Shown here: one piece after another, positions 12,750 to 25,857 of the stretch | Position numbering within the stretch: position 1 is the stretch's first letter | How the letters are laid out: every line of letters begins with the position of its first letter | NCBI RefSeq assembly: GCF_036365525.1 | Contig: NC_090375.1 | Span: forward strand, 185,823,233-185,887,232 | Direction of reading: 5' to 3' | Length of the DNA stretch: 64,000 nt | DNA from: Heterodontus francisci | Taxonomy: Eukaryota | Position numbers and translations under genes: made by a program | Notes under the pieces: model-generated | Databases searched by the model: none | What the model saw: only the letters and a program-made list of their open reading frames with translations | Told to the model about the DNA's origin: nothing

Positions 12750-14085
12750 GAACTCAGCAAACCTCCTTTCTCATTGACCTTCTCTCCCAAAATGACTGTT
12801 GGGAATATCGTTGATAACCTCCTTCCTGTTCCACTTATACAGGCTAACTGGCCTGTGATGACTCGGTCTATCCCTTTCTCCCTTTTGAAAGAATGATACA
12901 ATGTTTGCTGCCAGCTCCAGTCCTCTGGTACCACACCTGTGGTGAAAGTGGATTGGAAAAATGAAGTTCAGAGCATACCAACATACAAATTAGGAGCAGC
13001 AGTAGGCTATTCAGCCCCTCGAGCTTTGCCATTTGATAAGATCATGGTTGATCTGAATGTGGCCTCAACTCCACTTTCCTGTCTGCCCACCATAACCCTT
13101 GACTCCCTTGTCTATCAAGAATTTATCTAACTCAGCCTTGAATATATTCAATGACGCAACCTCTACTGTTCTCTGAGGAAGCGAATTCCACAGACTAACG
13201 ACCCTCTGAGAGAAAACATTTCTCCTCATCTTCGTCTACAATGGGAGACCCCTTATTTTTAAACTCTGTCCCCTAATTCTAATCTCACATAAGTGGAAAC
13301 ATCCTTCCAGCATCCACCCTGTCAAGTCCCCTCAGGATCTTATGTTTCAATAAGATCACCTCTCATTCTTCTAAACTCCAATGAGTATAGGCCCAACCTA
13401 TTCAACCTTTCCTCTTAGGATAATCCCTTCATCCCAGGAATCAGTCAAATGAACCTTCTCTGACTGCTTCTAATGTAATTTTATCCTTTCTTAAGTAAGG
13501 AAACCAAAACTGTACACAGTACTCCAGATGTGGTCTCACTAAGGCCCTGAACAGCTGTAGCAAAACTTCCATATTTTTATATTATATGATCATAGGATCT
13601 TAGGAATTAGGAGCAGGAGTAGGTCATTCAGCCCATCGAGCCTGCTCCACCATTCAAACAGATCATGGCACATCATTTACCTTTATGCCATTTTTCCCCA
13701 CTATTCCCATATCCCTTGATGTCATTAGAATCCAGAAATTTATCGATTTCTGTCTTGAACATGCTCAATGATTGAGCTTCCACAGTCCTCTGGGATAGAG
13801 AATACCAAAGATTCATCACCCTCTGAGTAAAGAAATTCCTCCTCATCTCAGTCTTAAATGGCCTGCCCCTTATTCTGAGACTTTGTCCCCTTGTTCTAGA
13901 CTCACCAGCCAGAGGAAACATCCTATCCACGTTCACCCTGTCACGCCCTGTAAGAATTTTGTAAGTTTCAATGAGATCACCTCTCATTCTTCGAAACTCT
14001 GGAGAATACAGACACAGTTTCTGCAATCTCTCCTCATAAGACAATCCTGCCATTCCAGGGATTAGTCTGGTGAACCTCCATTGCT
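12750..14085 (-). mobile_element. Stacked CR1 fragments (a linker fragment plus two 3' ends at about 12970-13585 and 13590-14085)
   Basis: ORF 13673-14122 (FTRLIPGMAGLSYEERL..RGDLIETYKIL..FFTQRVMNLW); two CR1 3' tails. Confidence 0.88.
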
Positions 14086-14099
14086 TCTGTCTCCACTGC

Positions 14100-17000
14100 A
14101 GAGGATACAAAAAATATTCCATTAATAGAAGTAAATCAAGAGGTGGAAGGAGGAGAGGAACTTGGTGAAATTACAATCACGAGGGAAGGAGTACTGACCA
14201 AACTGATGGAGCTGCGGGCTGACAAGTCCCCGGGTCCTGATGGGCTTCATCCTAACATCTTAAAAGAGGTGGCTAATGAGGTAGTAGATGCGTTGGTGTT
14301 AATTTTTCAAAATTCACGAGATTCTGGAAACGTTCCATCAGACTGGAAAATAGCGAATATAACCCCTCTATTCAAGAAGTGGGGGGGGGGAGGGAGGCAG
14401 AAAACAGGTAACTATAGGCCAATTAGCTTGACCTCTGTTGTGGGGAAGGTGTTAGAATCGATTATTAAGGAGACTATAGCTGGGCAGTTAGAAAAACTCA
14501 AGGTAATCGGGATTAGTCAGCATGGTATTGTGAAAGGGAGATCATGTTTAACCAATTTATTGGAGTTCTTTGAAGGAGTAACATGTGCCGTAGATAAAGG
14601 GGAGCCCGTTGACATACTGCACTTGGATTTCCAGAAGGCATTTGACAAAGTGCCACATAAAAGGTTATTGTGCAAAGTAGGAGCTCGTGGTGTAAGGGGT
14701 AACATATTAGCATGGATAGAAGATTGGCTGGCTGGCAGAAAACAGAAAGTATGCATAAATGGTTCCTTTTCTAATTGGCAGGATGTGATGAGTGAAGTGG
14801 AGGAGTCTGAGGCCTCAACTTTTTACAATTTATATCAATGACTTAGATGAGGGGAGCAATGGCATGGTAGCTAAATTTGCAGATGACACAAAGATAGGTA
14901 GGAAAGTATGTTGTGAAGAGGACATAAGGAGCTTGCAGACTGATATAGATAGGTTGAGTGAGTGGGCAAAAATCTGGCAGATGGAGTATAATGTGGGAAA
15001 ATGTGAAGTTGTTCACTTTGGCAGGAAGAATAAAAAAGCAGAGTATTACTTAAACTGAGAATGACTGCAGAATTCTGGGGTGCAGAGGGATCTAGGTGTT
15101 CTAGTGTATGAGTCACAAAAGATTTGTACACAGGTACAGCAAGTTTTTTTATTCATTCATGGGATGTGGGCATCACTGGCTATTCCAGCATTTATTGCCC
15201 ATCCTTAATTGCCCTTGAGAAGGTGGTGATGAGCTGCCTTCTTGAACCGCTGCAGTCCATGTGAGATAGGTACACTCACAGTGCTGTTCGGAAGGGAGTT
15301 CCAAGATTTTGACCCAGCGACAGTGAAGGAACGGCGATATTGTTCCAAGTCAGGATGGTGTGTGACTTGGACGGGAACTTGCAGGTGGTGATATTCCCAT
15401 GCATCTGCTGCTCTTGTCCTTCAAGGTGGTAGAGGTCGCAGGTTTGGAAGGTGCTGTCTAAGGAGCATTGCTGCAGTGCATCTTGTAGATGGTACACAGT
15501 GCTGCCACTGTGCGTCGGAGGTGGAGGGAGTGAATGTTTGTGGATGGTGTGCCAATCAAGCAGGCTGCTTTGTTCTGGATTGTGTTGAGCTTCTTGAGTG
15601 TTGTTGGAGCTGCACACATCCAGGCAAGTGCAGAGTATTCCATCACACTCCTGACTTGTGCCTTGTCGATGGTGGACAGGCTTTGGGGATTCAAGAGGTG
15701 AGTTACTCGTCGCAGGATTCCTAGCCTCTGACCTGCTCTTGTAGCCACGGTATTTATATGGCTACTCCAGTTCAGTTTATGGTCAATGGTAGCCCTTAGG
15801 ATGTTGATAGTGGGGGATTCTGCGATCATAATGCCATTGAATGTCAAGGGGAGATGGTTAGATTCTCTCTTGTTGGAGATGGTCATTGCCTGGCACTTGT
15901 GTGGCGCAAATGTTACTTGTCACTTATCAGCCCAAGTCTGGATATTGTCCAGGTCTTGCTGCACTTCTATACGGACTGCTTCAGTATTTGAAGAGTCACG
16001 AATGGTGCTGAACATTGTGTAATCATCAGCGAACATCCCCACTTCTGACCTTATGATTGAAGGAAGGTCATTGATGAAGCAGCTGAAGATGGTTGGGCCT
16101 AGGACACTAACTTGAGGAACTCCTGCAGTAATGTTCTGGAGCTCAGATGATTGACCTCCAACAACCACAGCCATCTTCCTTCGCGCTAGGTATGACTCCA
16201 ACCAGCAGAGAGTTTTCCCCCTGATTCCCATTGACTCCAATTTTGCTCGGCCTCCTTGATGCCATCACTCTCACCTCACCTCTGGAGTTCAGCTCATTTG
16301 TCCATGTTTGAACCAAGGCTGTAATGAGGTCAGGAGCTGAGTGGCCCTGGCGGAATCCATACTGAGCATCACTGAGCAGGTTATTGCTAAGCAAGTGCTG
16401 CTTGATGGCACTGTTGATGACACCTTCCATCACTTTACTGACGATTGAGAGTAGACTGATGGGGCGGTAATTGGCTGAGTTGGACTTGTCCTGCTTTTTG
16501 TGTACAGGACATACCTGGGCAATTTTCCACATTGCCGGGTAGATGCCAGTGTTGTAGCTATACTGGAAGAGCTTGGCTAGGGGTTTGGCAAGTTCTGGAG
16601 CACAGGTCTTCAGTACTATTGCCGGAATATTGTCAGAACCCAAAGCCTTTGCAGTATCCAGTGCCTTCAGTCATTAAGTAATAAAGAAGCTTAATGGAAT
16701 GCTATCCTTTATTACATGAGGAATTGAAAATAAAAGTAAGGATGTTATGCTTCAGTCATACAGGGCATTGGTGAGACCACATCTTGAATACTGTGTGCAG
16801 TTTTGGTCTCCTTATTTAAGGAAGGATGTGAATGCGTTGGAGGTGGTTCAGAGGAGGTTTACTCGATTGATTCCTGGAATGAGCGGTTGGACAGACTGGG
16901 CTTGTTTTCACTGGAGTTTAGAAGAGTGAGGGGAGACTTGAATGAGGTATATAAGATCCTGAACGGTCTTGACAAGGTGGATTTGGAAAGGATGTTTCCT

Positions 17001-17330
17001 CTTGTGGGAGAGTCCAGAACTAGGGGGCACTGTTTTAAAATTAGGGGTCGCCCTTTTTGGACAGAGATGAGGAGAAATGTTTTCTCTCAAAGGGTTGTGC
17101 GACTTTGGAACTCTCTGCCTCAGAAGGTGGTGGAGGCGGGGTCATTGAATAATTTTAAGGCGGGGTAGATAGATTCTTGTTAGACAAGGGAATCAAATGT
17201 TATCGGGGGTAGATGAGAGTGTGGAATTCGAAACAGAAACAGATCAGCCATGATCTTATTGAATGGCGGAGCAGGCTAGAGGGGCTGAATGGCCTACTTC
17301 AGCTCCTAATTCATATGTTTGTATGTTCCT
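14100..17330 (+). mobile_element. CR1 LINE with RT domain, interrupted by a family-B LINE
   Basis: KSPGPDGLHP, NYRPISLTS, LDFQKAFDKVPH and FADDTK motifs; resumes at about 16675 ([15 protein letters not shown]) through the 3' tail. Confidence 0.92.
15143..16672 (-). mobile_element. Family-B LINE inserted into CR1
   Basis: ORFs 16143-16643, 15920-16240 and 15458-15886 (NYRPISLLS, GVPQxSVLGP, FADD); short aagt duplication at the junctions. Confidence 0.9.
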
Positions 17331-17334
17331 TTAT

Positions 17335-18058
17335 GGCAAATATACCCTTCCTTAGATAAGGAGACCAAAATTGTACACAATACTCCAGGTGCGGTCTCAC
17401 CAATGCTTTATACAATTGAAGCAATGATACAATATTCCATTCCCCTTGCAATAAACAACAATATTCCATTTGCCTTCCTAATCATTTGCTGTACCTACTT
17501 ACTAACTTTTTTTAATGATTTCTGTACCAGGACACTCAGATATCTCTGTACCGTAGAGGTCTGCAGTCTCTCTCCATTTAAATAATATTCTGTTTTTCCA
17601 TCCTTCCTGCCAAGTTCACATTTTCCCACATTATATTCCATCTGCCAAATTTTTGCCCACTCGCTTAACCTGCGTCCTCATGACTACTTACCTTCCTACC
17701 TACCTTTGTGACATCTGCAAATTTATCTACCATACATTCGGTCCCTTCATCCAAGTCATTGATGCAGATTGTAAATAGTTGAGGCCCCAGCACTGATCCC
17801 TGTGGCACTCCACTAGTCGACTGGCAGCTTCCTGTCAGCTAACAAATCCTCTATCCGTGCTAATATGTTACTCCCTAGACCAAGAACTTTTGTGTAGTAA
17901 CCTTTGATGTGGCACCTTATCGAATGCCTTTTGGAAATCCAAGTACATCACATCTACAGGTTCCCCTTTATCCACGTTGCTTGTTACTTCCTCAAAGAAC
18001 TCTAATAAATTAGTCAAACATGATTTCCCTTTCACAAAACCATATTTGACTCTGCCTT
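17335..18058 (-). mobile_element. CR1 RT fragment
   Basis: Reverse complement encodes GPQL and LDFQKAFDKVPH-type motifs. Confidence 0.8.
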
Positions 18059-18064
18059 AGCCCT

Positions 18065-18415
18065 AAAACCTGCAACTTTCTCTCCTACCTCCACTCATGC
18101 CATCACTGAGTTCATCTTCTGTAACACACCCACCTCCTTCTCCCTTGACTCCATTTTCACTATACTGCTGACCACCCACTCCCTTTCCTGATCCCCATGC
18201 TGGCTGATGTAAACGGTTCCTTGCCCTTCCTTTGAAAATTGGCATCATCACCCTGCTCCTCAAAAAAGAACATCTGATTCCTTTGTCTTTGCAACCTACC
18301 ATCACACCTCCAACTTCCCTTTCCTTTTCAAAGTCCTCCCAAATCCATGTCCATCTTTCCTGCAACTCCAAATTTGAATCTCTCCAATCAGATTTCTTCC
18401 CTTGCCTCATTTAAA
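18065..18415 (+). mobile_element. L2 LINE fragment
   Basis: IITLLLKK and SKFESLQSDF resemble L2 ORF2 motifs (ITPLLKK, FESLQSGF). Confidence 0.6.
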
Positions 18416-18419
18416 CACT

Positions 18420-18838
18420 GTTGGTTGTGGGCGGGTGAGAAACTGGCCAGCTTCCACGTTAGGCCCAGGATTGGCACTCTTGGATGTGCCAGTAGAATCC
18501 AGCAGTAATTTTGGACCATTTCTTCAGCAGCTACCATTAGCCCCTTTAAAGGACTACTGGTTAGATCACTCTATGCTTGGTTCAAATGGGTGGAATGTGC
18601 CCACTCTTCCCATCTGTACTGAGAAATTGCTAACAGGGTCCTACAACAGTTGTTGGACACCGATTGGCATATTTAAGCCGCCTTCCGTTTTAAACAAGCT
18701 GGCGTACTCCTCTCCCATTTACAGGCAATTGGCATCTGTAACAGGTGGGCCTTGGGTACCCCCACTCCCAATTTTTAACATCAACAGTTGCTTGTTTTTC
18801 AAGTGAGAAACAGGCTGCCCACAGTTTAAAATCACTGC
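18420..18838. mobile_element. Old MITE-like DNA element
   Basis: GC-richer block ending tttaaaatcactgcc, similar to other MITE ends. Confidence 0.35.
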
Positions 18839-19530
18839 CAATATCTTGGAAAGGGAGGGAATATTCTGCCTATAGATGTTGAATGAATTTTTATTTTTGA
18901 GTACTGATAGTCACTGCAGATTGGCCCAAAGGGGAATTGGCTGGGAGAAGCTGCAACATCTGACCATGTCAAGGAAGTGAATTAACATCAGTAGAGAGTC
19001 ATTTATCTAGGCTAAGCTTCGGTGAGCTTGTCGTTTCAAATGTCCATGTTAATTTGACTTCCTCATCCTGTCAACTTCACTAAGTTCCTCCAAACTGGAT
19101 CCTTGATGATGTCATTAGAATTCATAAATATATAGAAAAATTTAGAAAAACGGACTAAAGGAAAGAATTAAAAGGAATCAGAGTTCTTTCGTATGACCTT
19201 ATTTGTTTACAGGATTGCCAATTTAAACAGACGGTTCAATTAACAAATGGATTTTCAACTCAGAGGGTTACAAGATTTTACAATAGGCAGCATCGTAAAT
19301 GTGTTCACAAATATTCTCTATCCCAGCATTTCTTAGGAAAGCACGAACACTTTCCAAATACAACGTGTTTGTGATTTCACCAGAAGTACTGAACAGCAGC
19401 ATTCATCAACACATTTACAATGCTGATATACATTTTGAACAGAGATATTTTTTACCACTATGTTTGTAAGTGCCTCACTTTAAACATTTCCATTTTTACC
19501 AAGAGACATGGTACAATCTAACTGATCGAC

Positions 19531-20573
19531 TGTTACGATCAGGTGAGGAGGGGTCAAAAGACTCCCCTCTTGTCCCTCTCCTTGTTTGACCGCAACAGGG
19601 TTTATTCCTTTTAAACAGTGGATATGCTTACCAGTTCAGTGAATGTTTAACAATTTTTGTGCTATGATCATAAAGGACCAATTGGACAGTTTTTTTAAAG
19701 TTTAAACAAGAAAGAGGTTAGTTTATTGTAATTAAAATCAAACCCGATCTAAATAAAATAATAAACTATGCTCCAACTTTCACACACACACGCACACACA
19801 CACGCGAGAATCACACACACACAAATATGTTACAGAGTAATGAAGAAAAGTTTGGTTGGATTAGAGTCCAGAACAAATAAAAAAATATACAGTCTGTGGG
19901 GTCTGGTAATTCAGTTGTCTTCTGGCTGAAGTCATGATCCTGAAGTTCCTGGCTGGTAGAAGTGGCTCCCTTGGTTCAGAGTTTACTTGGAGACAGTGAT
20001 AGACTTGGATGCTCCGCAGTCACAGGCAGGGTTTGTAACTTGCAGTATTACCTGGAGAGAGAGAGAGGGAGAGGCACACAGCCCCATTGGGATCCTGCAC
20101 TGGTTAGCTCTCAAAGCGTGTCTGTTGTGTGTAACAGAAACTCCAAATTTTCACACAGACTGGGGAGACAGTCACATGATTCTTTCAGTGTACTCTTTTC
20201 TTCGCTTCAATGAGATCCGAAGTCTAAGAATCCCAAATCTCTCTCAGGTCTTATTGTTTCAATATTTACCCCAGGAGGTACGTCTCCACTAGTGTGACTG
20301 TTCAAAGATGGATTTGAATGTCTTGCTAACGAGGGCGATACTAGATAATTCATTCAACTGTTCATGCCATTGTTCAGAATGAGAGCTTTTTAGACAGGCG
20401 CCTCCACTTCAATGCCTCACAATGTGAGGTATTTCAATGCAAATTGTGGTGGCCATCTTAGCTAGCAGTTTTTTGAAAGTTGAGTGTAGGATTTTAGCTT
20501 TCCTTTTTAAAAGTTTAATGTAGGTTTCCAACTGATGAATTAAAAATCATCAGAAAAGCACGTTTTCATGACA
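19531..20573. mobile_element. Solo LTR (1043 bp)
   Basis: TGTTACGA...TCATGACA termini with a perfect 5-bp TSD TCGAC (19526-19530 and 20574-20578); internal (CA)n and (GA)n; no coding capacity. Confidence 0.85.
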
Positions 20574-21638
20574 TCGACATTTCTGTATTTCCTGTAAAGG
20601 GTGAACATGTCAGCAAGCAAAAGAAGAGAGGACGATTGAATTATCTCTGTGCAAGTTATAACACTTACCAACCATTCACTATTCAACCATGCTCATAGCT
20701 GGAACAGAATGCATTTTCTGATGTTTTTTGAAGTCCTGGTGCACTATAAGTCTGACATTTCCCCTCACACAGCAAAATTACTGAAGCAACACATCTCGTG
20801 ACTAATTAGAAGTAAAATTTTTACAAAACTTGTTGATACTGAAACATAAAGGCCTCACTGGCATAACATTCATACAAATACTTACCTACCACTCTACAAA
20901 AGTTTCTTACAATGCAGGTAACTTAATGTTGCCTTCCCACAGACTCTTATTTCTAGTTATTTACTTCATTAAGTGCTAATTTTTTTGTTCTACCTCCCAC
21001 AACAGCTCTGCAACATTTACTCCATGGTATCCTTCATCCTTCTCTAAAATATTCCTTCTTTTTCTGTGTTGTTTATTATTTATTATAAAACATAGTTTTT
21101 TTGGTTCTTGCTTCTCATGGTGGATTTGTAGCTCTTGCTGAAGTGTCTGATTTCGCACAGCTCAAGGTGATTGGCCCAGTGCCAAGTCTTCAATGACCAG
21201 CACCCGACCAGGTGGTCAGTTGCCATGGTCCAGGCCTGACTGTGGCCACAATGTCAAAGTGTTTGCTATCGCTCCCTCTGACCCTGGCACAAAGGTCAAT
21301 CTTTATCATCAATACAAAAATAAATTCAGCCCAACAATATGTACTTGGAATGTTTTACTTAATTGCATAATCTCAAGTAAAAGATGGCACTGCTCATGCC
21401 TCACAGTTCTCACTTTTAAGTTTCCTGCCGGGATCACAGTATACTCTGGATATTAATTCAAAGTTACATCTTTGTCTGTCTTTCTCTCACTCACACTAGA
21501 CTGTGTAGATACTGAGAGGTTGTTTCTCCTGGATAGAGAGTCTAGAACTGGGAAGCATTTTTTTCGCTATGGGAACTGATAGGCTTGAGATGTGATATGC
21601 TGAGTGTGAGACCTTTAAGGTATGACGTAGCTGATCCA

Positions 21639-21945
21639 TAGGGTTGCCAACCCTTCATGATTTCCTTGGAGTCTCCAGGAATTAAACGAAAATTTCCCAG
21701 ATGCTGCTGCGAGCAACCCTGGGAGAAAAATTATAGGGGGAATGAAAAAAATAATCCAAGACTGACAGACAAGAATCAACCAATTAGGTAACAAAAAGTC
21801 TGTCTGCTATCCAATTAATGTGGGAGGGTGGGTCATCGTGAGGATGGATGTGCTGGATGGCCAATGGGAGGAGTGTAAGGGCAGGGTTCTTAGAGGCAGG
21901 AGCTCATTATTATGCAACCTCCTAGAATGCGTGTAATATTTTTAA
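21639..21945 (+). mobile_element. Non-autonomous DNA element with TAGGGTTGCCAAC terminus
   Basis: tagggttgccaac..ggagtctccaggaattaa is related to 61691-62047 and 54400-54553. Confidence 0.55.
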
Positions 21946-21975
21946 TTCTATAGATAAACTGGCACAAGAGACATA

Positions 21976-22604
21976 GGGCAGGATTCCGGTATTGATATGA
22001 GGGCAGAAATGGAGGCAGGCAGGTGCGGAGTTTCCCAACGCCGGCCGGTGTGCCAGTTCCCCGCCTTGGTCCTGACTCGCAGCCATTTTTCAGTCAGCCT
22101 ACGGACCCCACACAACGTCCAGAGCCTGGCAGATGCCTGGAGGTAACTCTTCGGTGGAAGGCCATGGGGACAGTACTCCAGAATGCCATCGATGCCCTCA
22201 CCCACCCCCACCGACCTGTACACAGTTGTGGCCACAGGCTGCCTTGTGGAGGGGTCCTCCCACCGCCCCCCAACAACAATGGCGGTCTGGCAGCTGTGGC
22301 CATTTTTTTTCTTCAGTTTGGTAAAAAGTGCTGAAAGGGCACCTCAAGATGGAGGTGCCCTCTCTCTCCCTTACCTGTAACGCCAGGCTGCAGCTCCTTC
22401 AGTGCTGACGGGCCTCCAACTGGTCCGCCAGCTTCAAGAGTCCGCCTGCCATCCTTAATTGGATGGCAAGCACGCCCTCTGGCCATTGATTGGCCAATCC
22501 TTCCAAAATCGTGTCAGCTGACTTTTGCCAACACCATGCGGGGTTGGGACCCGGTTTAGACCCCGATGTCGGGCACCTGACCCCCCAAACGGAAAATCCT
22601 GCCC
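21976..22604. mobile_element. Harbinger-like MITE
   Basis: Perfect 10-bp TIR GGGCAGGATT / AATCCTGCCC; 3-bp flanks ATA/ATG. Confidence 0.75.
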
Positions 22605-22989
22605 ATGGTCTGAGAAAATGCAGCACAAAACTTCAAAGGGTAATCAAATGCTGATTAGATTTGTAGCGCTTATGGGCCTAGAAACCTGGAGGCCTTTGAT
22701 CCTGGGGGTTGTGACAGGATCTGTGACTTTGGAAGAGTATCTGGGAGTCAGGGGAAGGTTAAGTAATTAACATTTTAGTTCAAAATGCATGCATATTGGA
22801 TGCCCACTAAGTGGGGGAGGTCTTGCGGTCATGATGATGCTAACGCAAAGCAAAAACATTTCAAGGGATTTAGTGACCACATTGTGAAGGGGATTTATCA
22901 GAATGGAAAGCCAGCAAAGGTCTTTTGAGGTCCATGCCAAACCAGATAGCATTCAGATCATATGAACCAGGCTTGTATTGTCCTGAGTA

Positions 22990-23376
22990 TAAAAATGTAA
23001 GAGGTGATTTGATTGAGGATTTTGAAAAAAATTGAAAAGGTTGATTGAGAGAATTTTTTTCTACAGTTGGGGAAGTCTAGGAAAGGGGACATAATTTTCA
23101 AACCAGAGCCAGGCTATTTCAGGGAAGAGTTAGCAAGCACTTCTTCACACAAAGGGTGGGAGAAAAAAGTGGAACTCTCTCCCACAAAAAGCAGTAAATA
23201 CTAGCTCAATTAATAATTTTAAATACGCGATCAATAGAGTCTTGCTAGACAAAGATATTAAGCAATATGAAGCCAAGGCAGGTGGATGGAGTTAGGACTC
23301 AGATCAGCCATGAACTCATTGACTGGCAAAACAGGCTCAAGGGGCAGAATGGCCAACTTCTGTTCCTCTATTCCTA
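22990..23376 (+). mobile_element. CR1 3' fragment
   Basis: gaggtgatttgattgagg..ttcttcacacaaaggg..cagatcagccatg. Confidence 0.75.
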
Positions 23377-24039
23377 TTCAGCACAATGGACTGCTCGCTT
23401 TTGTTCTAGTTTTGTCAAATTTGGGATGAAACCATAATAGTTACACTGTCTGACATATTAAGGAGCAGACTTCCATCAGTATCAGATCAAGTCCTTCCCA
23501 CGTAGTGCAGTACAATTGGGGCAACAGGTCAGTAGGTGCCAGTTGTAGGAGACAGTGCTTGATATCATTAAACTCAAATAAAATGTCAGGAATAATGAAA
23601 TTGATCCTGCAGCATTGCTGGAACTGTTTTCACACAATGAACACTGTGGCTTATAATTGGTGTAAATATTTAAGTTTCAGGCTGAATTAACACTTTCGCC
23701 TACTTTTAAAGCCTGTGCCACTCAGTTTATCTTATCTCTGCAATTTGCAGAAAAATGTTGTTTAACTATCGAACTGGGATGGACTTGGCTGCAGCACAGA
23801 AACCCATCCCTCCCCCCCACCCCCTCTATCCCTCATTCATGTTTTTGTAACACAGCATGAAATATTACACATCTGCATGTGTATTAAGGGGTAAATGCTT
23901 TGCATCTGAAGATGAGCATCACGAGCACTTTGGATGGCTGTAGATGCTGTAGTTTCTACTCTCCCAGATTTTCATATAAACGCTTTTCTTGACTGTGGTG
24001 AATTGTTAAATCCAATCTAGTTTTCTCTTGCACTTGCAG

Positions 24040-24152
24040 AACTACGGGCTACGGGTCAAGTGCTGGAAAATGGGATTAGAATAGATAGGTGCATGATGGC
24101 TGGCACAGACACGATGGGCCGAAGGGCCTGTTTCTGTGCCGAATGACTCTAT
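24040..24152 (+). mobile_element. CR1/HE1-type 3' tail
   Basis: gatgggccgaagggcctgtttctgtgc..gactct. Confidence 0.65.
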
Positions 24153-24699
24153 CGCACAAATTTATCTTTATTGACCATGGCGTTCCAGTGTCAGCTGTGT
24201 GCAGCGGTAGTACTTTTGCCTTTGAGTCATAAGGTTGTGGGTTCAAGTCCCACTCCAGGACTTGAGCACAAAAATCTAGGCTGACACTCCAGCGCGGTAC
24301 TGATGGAGTGCTGCTGTGTCAGTGGTATTGCCTTTTGGATGAAATGTTAAACTGAAGCACCATCTGCTCTCTTGCATGGATGTGAAAGAGCATGGGAATT
24401 ATTTCTGGTCAATATTTATCTCACAATCAACATTGTTAAAACAGGCTCATGAAATAATCTTGAAATTTAAAGATGACATGAAACTTGGAAGTGTAGTAAA
24501 CAGTGAGGAAGACAGTAAAAGACTTCAACAGGACAGACAGGTTGGTGGAATGGGCAGACACATAGCAGATAAAATTCAGCACAGAGAAGTGTGACGTGAT
24601 ACATTTTAGTAGGAAGAATGAGGAGAGACCATACAAGATAAATACAAGAAAAGGGAGACCTGGGGGTGTTGGTGCACAACTTTTTGAAGGTGGCAGGAC

Positions 24700-24867
24700 G
24701 AATGTTACCTCAAAGCTGCCCGGCTGAGTAGCAACCCGAATGTTCCCACGCAGGCCAAGCATAAGTCTGCCCCTTTAAGTTACCGCACATGCCAGGCCAC
24801 GCGAAAAAAATTAAAGGGCCCCCGGACTTAACAAATCACCTATGCACTCCAAAAAAAAGGAACATTG
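24700..24867. mobile_element. hAT-type MITE (168 bp)
   Basis: 8-bp TSD GGCAGGAC/GGCAGAAC; TIR gaatgttac / ggaacattg; removing it restores the CR1 sequence. Confidence 0.7.
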
Positions 24868-25445
24868 GGCAGAACAGGTTAATAAAACTTTTAATAAAGT
24901 ATATGGAATCCTGGGTTTTATAAATGGAGGCATGGAGTACAAAAGCCAGCAAGTTATGCTAAACCTATATAAAACACAAATTTGTTCTGAGCTGGAGTAT
25001 TCCGTTCAAGTTTGGGCACCATACTTTAGGAAGGACTTGAAGGCTTCAGAAAGGGTACATAAGCAATTTACTAGAATGGGTCCAGGGATGAGGGATTACA
25101 GTTACGTAGATAGACTGGAGAAGCTGTGGTTGTTCTGCTTAGAGCAGAGAAGACTAAGAGAAGATTTTGTACAGGTGTTTAAAATCATGAAGGGTTTAGA
25201 TGGAGCCAATAAAGAGAAACTGTTTCCAATGGCTAAAAGATCTATAACCAGAGAACACAGATTTAAGGTGATTGGCAAAAGAACCAAAGACAACATGAAG
25301 AAAAAGTTTTTTTACGCAATGAGTTATTAAGATTTGGAATGCGCTGCCTGATAGGGTGGTGGATACAGATTTAACAGTCGCCTTCAAAGGGGAATTCGAC
25401 AAATATTTGAAGGAGAAAATTGCAAGAATATGGGGAAAGAGTGCA

Positions 25446-25857
25446 CAGGATGTCCCAAAGCAATTTACAGCCAAAGAAGTACAGTCACTGTTGTAATGTA
25501 GGAAATGCATCAGCCCATTGTGCACAGCAAGTTCCCACTAACAGCCATGTAATAATGACCAGCTAATCTGTTTTTGTGCTATTGATTGAGGCATGAATAT
25601 TGGCCAAGTCACCTGAGGGAACTCCCATGCTTGTCTTCAAATTAATGCCATGGGATCTTTTACATACCCCTGAGAGAGAAAGTAGGCCTCACTTTAACAT
25701 CTAAGCCAAAGACAGGACCTCCAATAGTGCTAACTTCCTCAGCACTGCACTGGAGTGTCAGCCTTGATTTTTGTGCTTAAGTCCTGAAGTGGCACTTGAA
25801 ACCACAATCTTCTGACTTAGCAGTCAGAGCACTACCAACCAAGCTACACCTGACACA
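25446..25857 (-). mobile_element. DeuSINE inserted in CR1 3' end
   Basis: Homologous to 3945-4385. Confidence 0.8.

Noticed and set aside
24185-24270. tRNA-like A/B-box sequence (ggttcaagtcccac)
   Set aside because: It is a SINE head, not a cloverleaf tRNA gene
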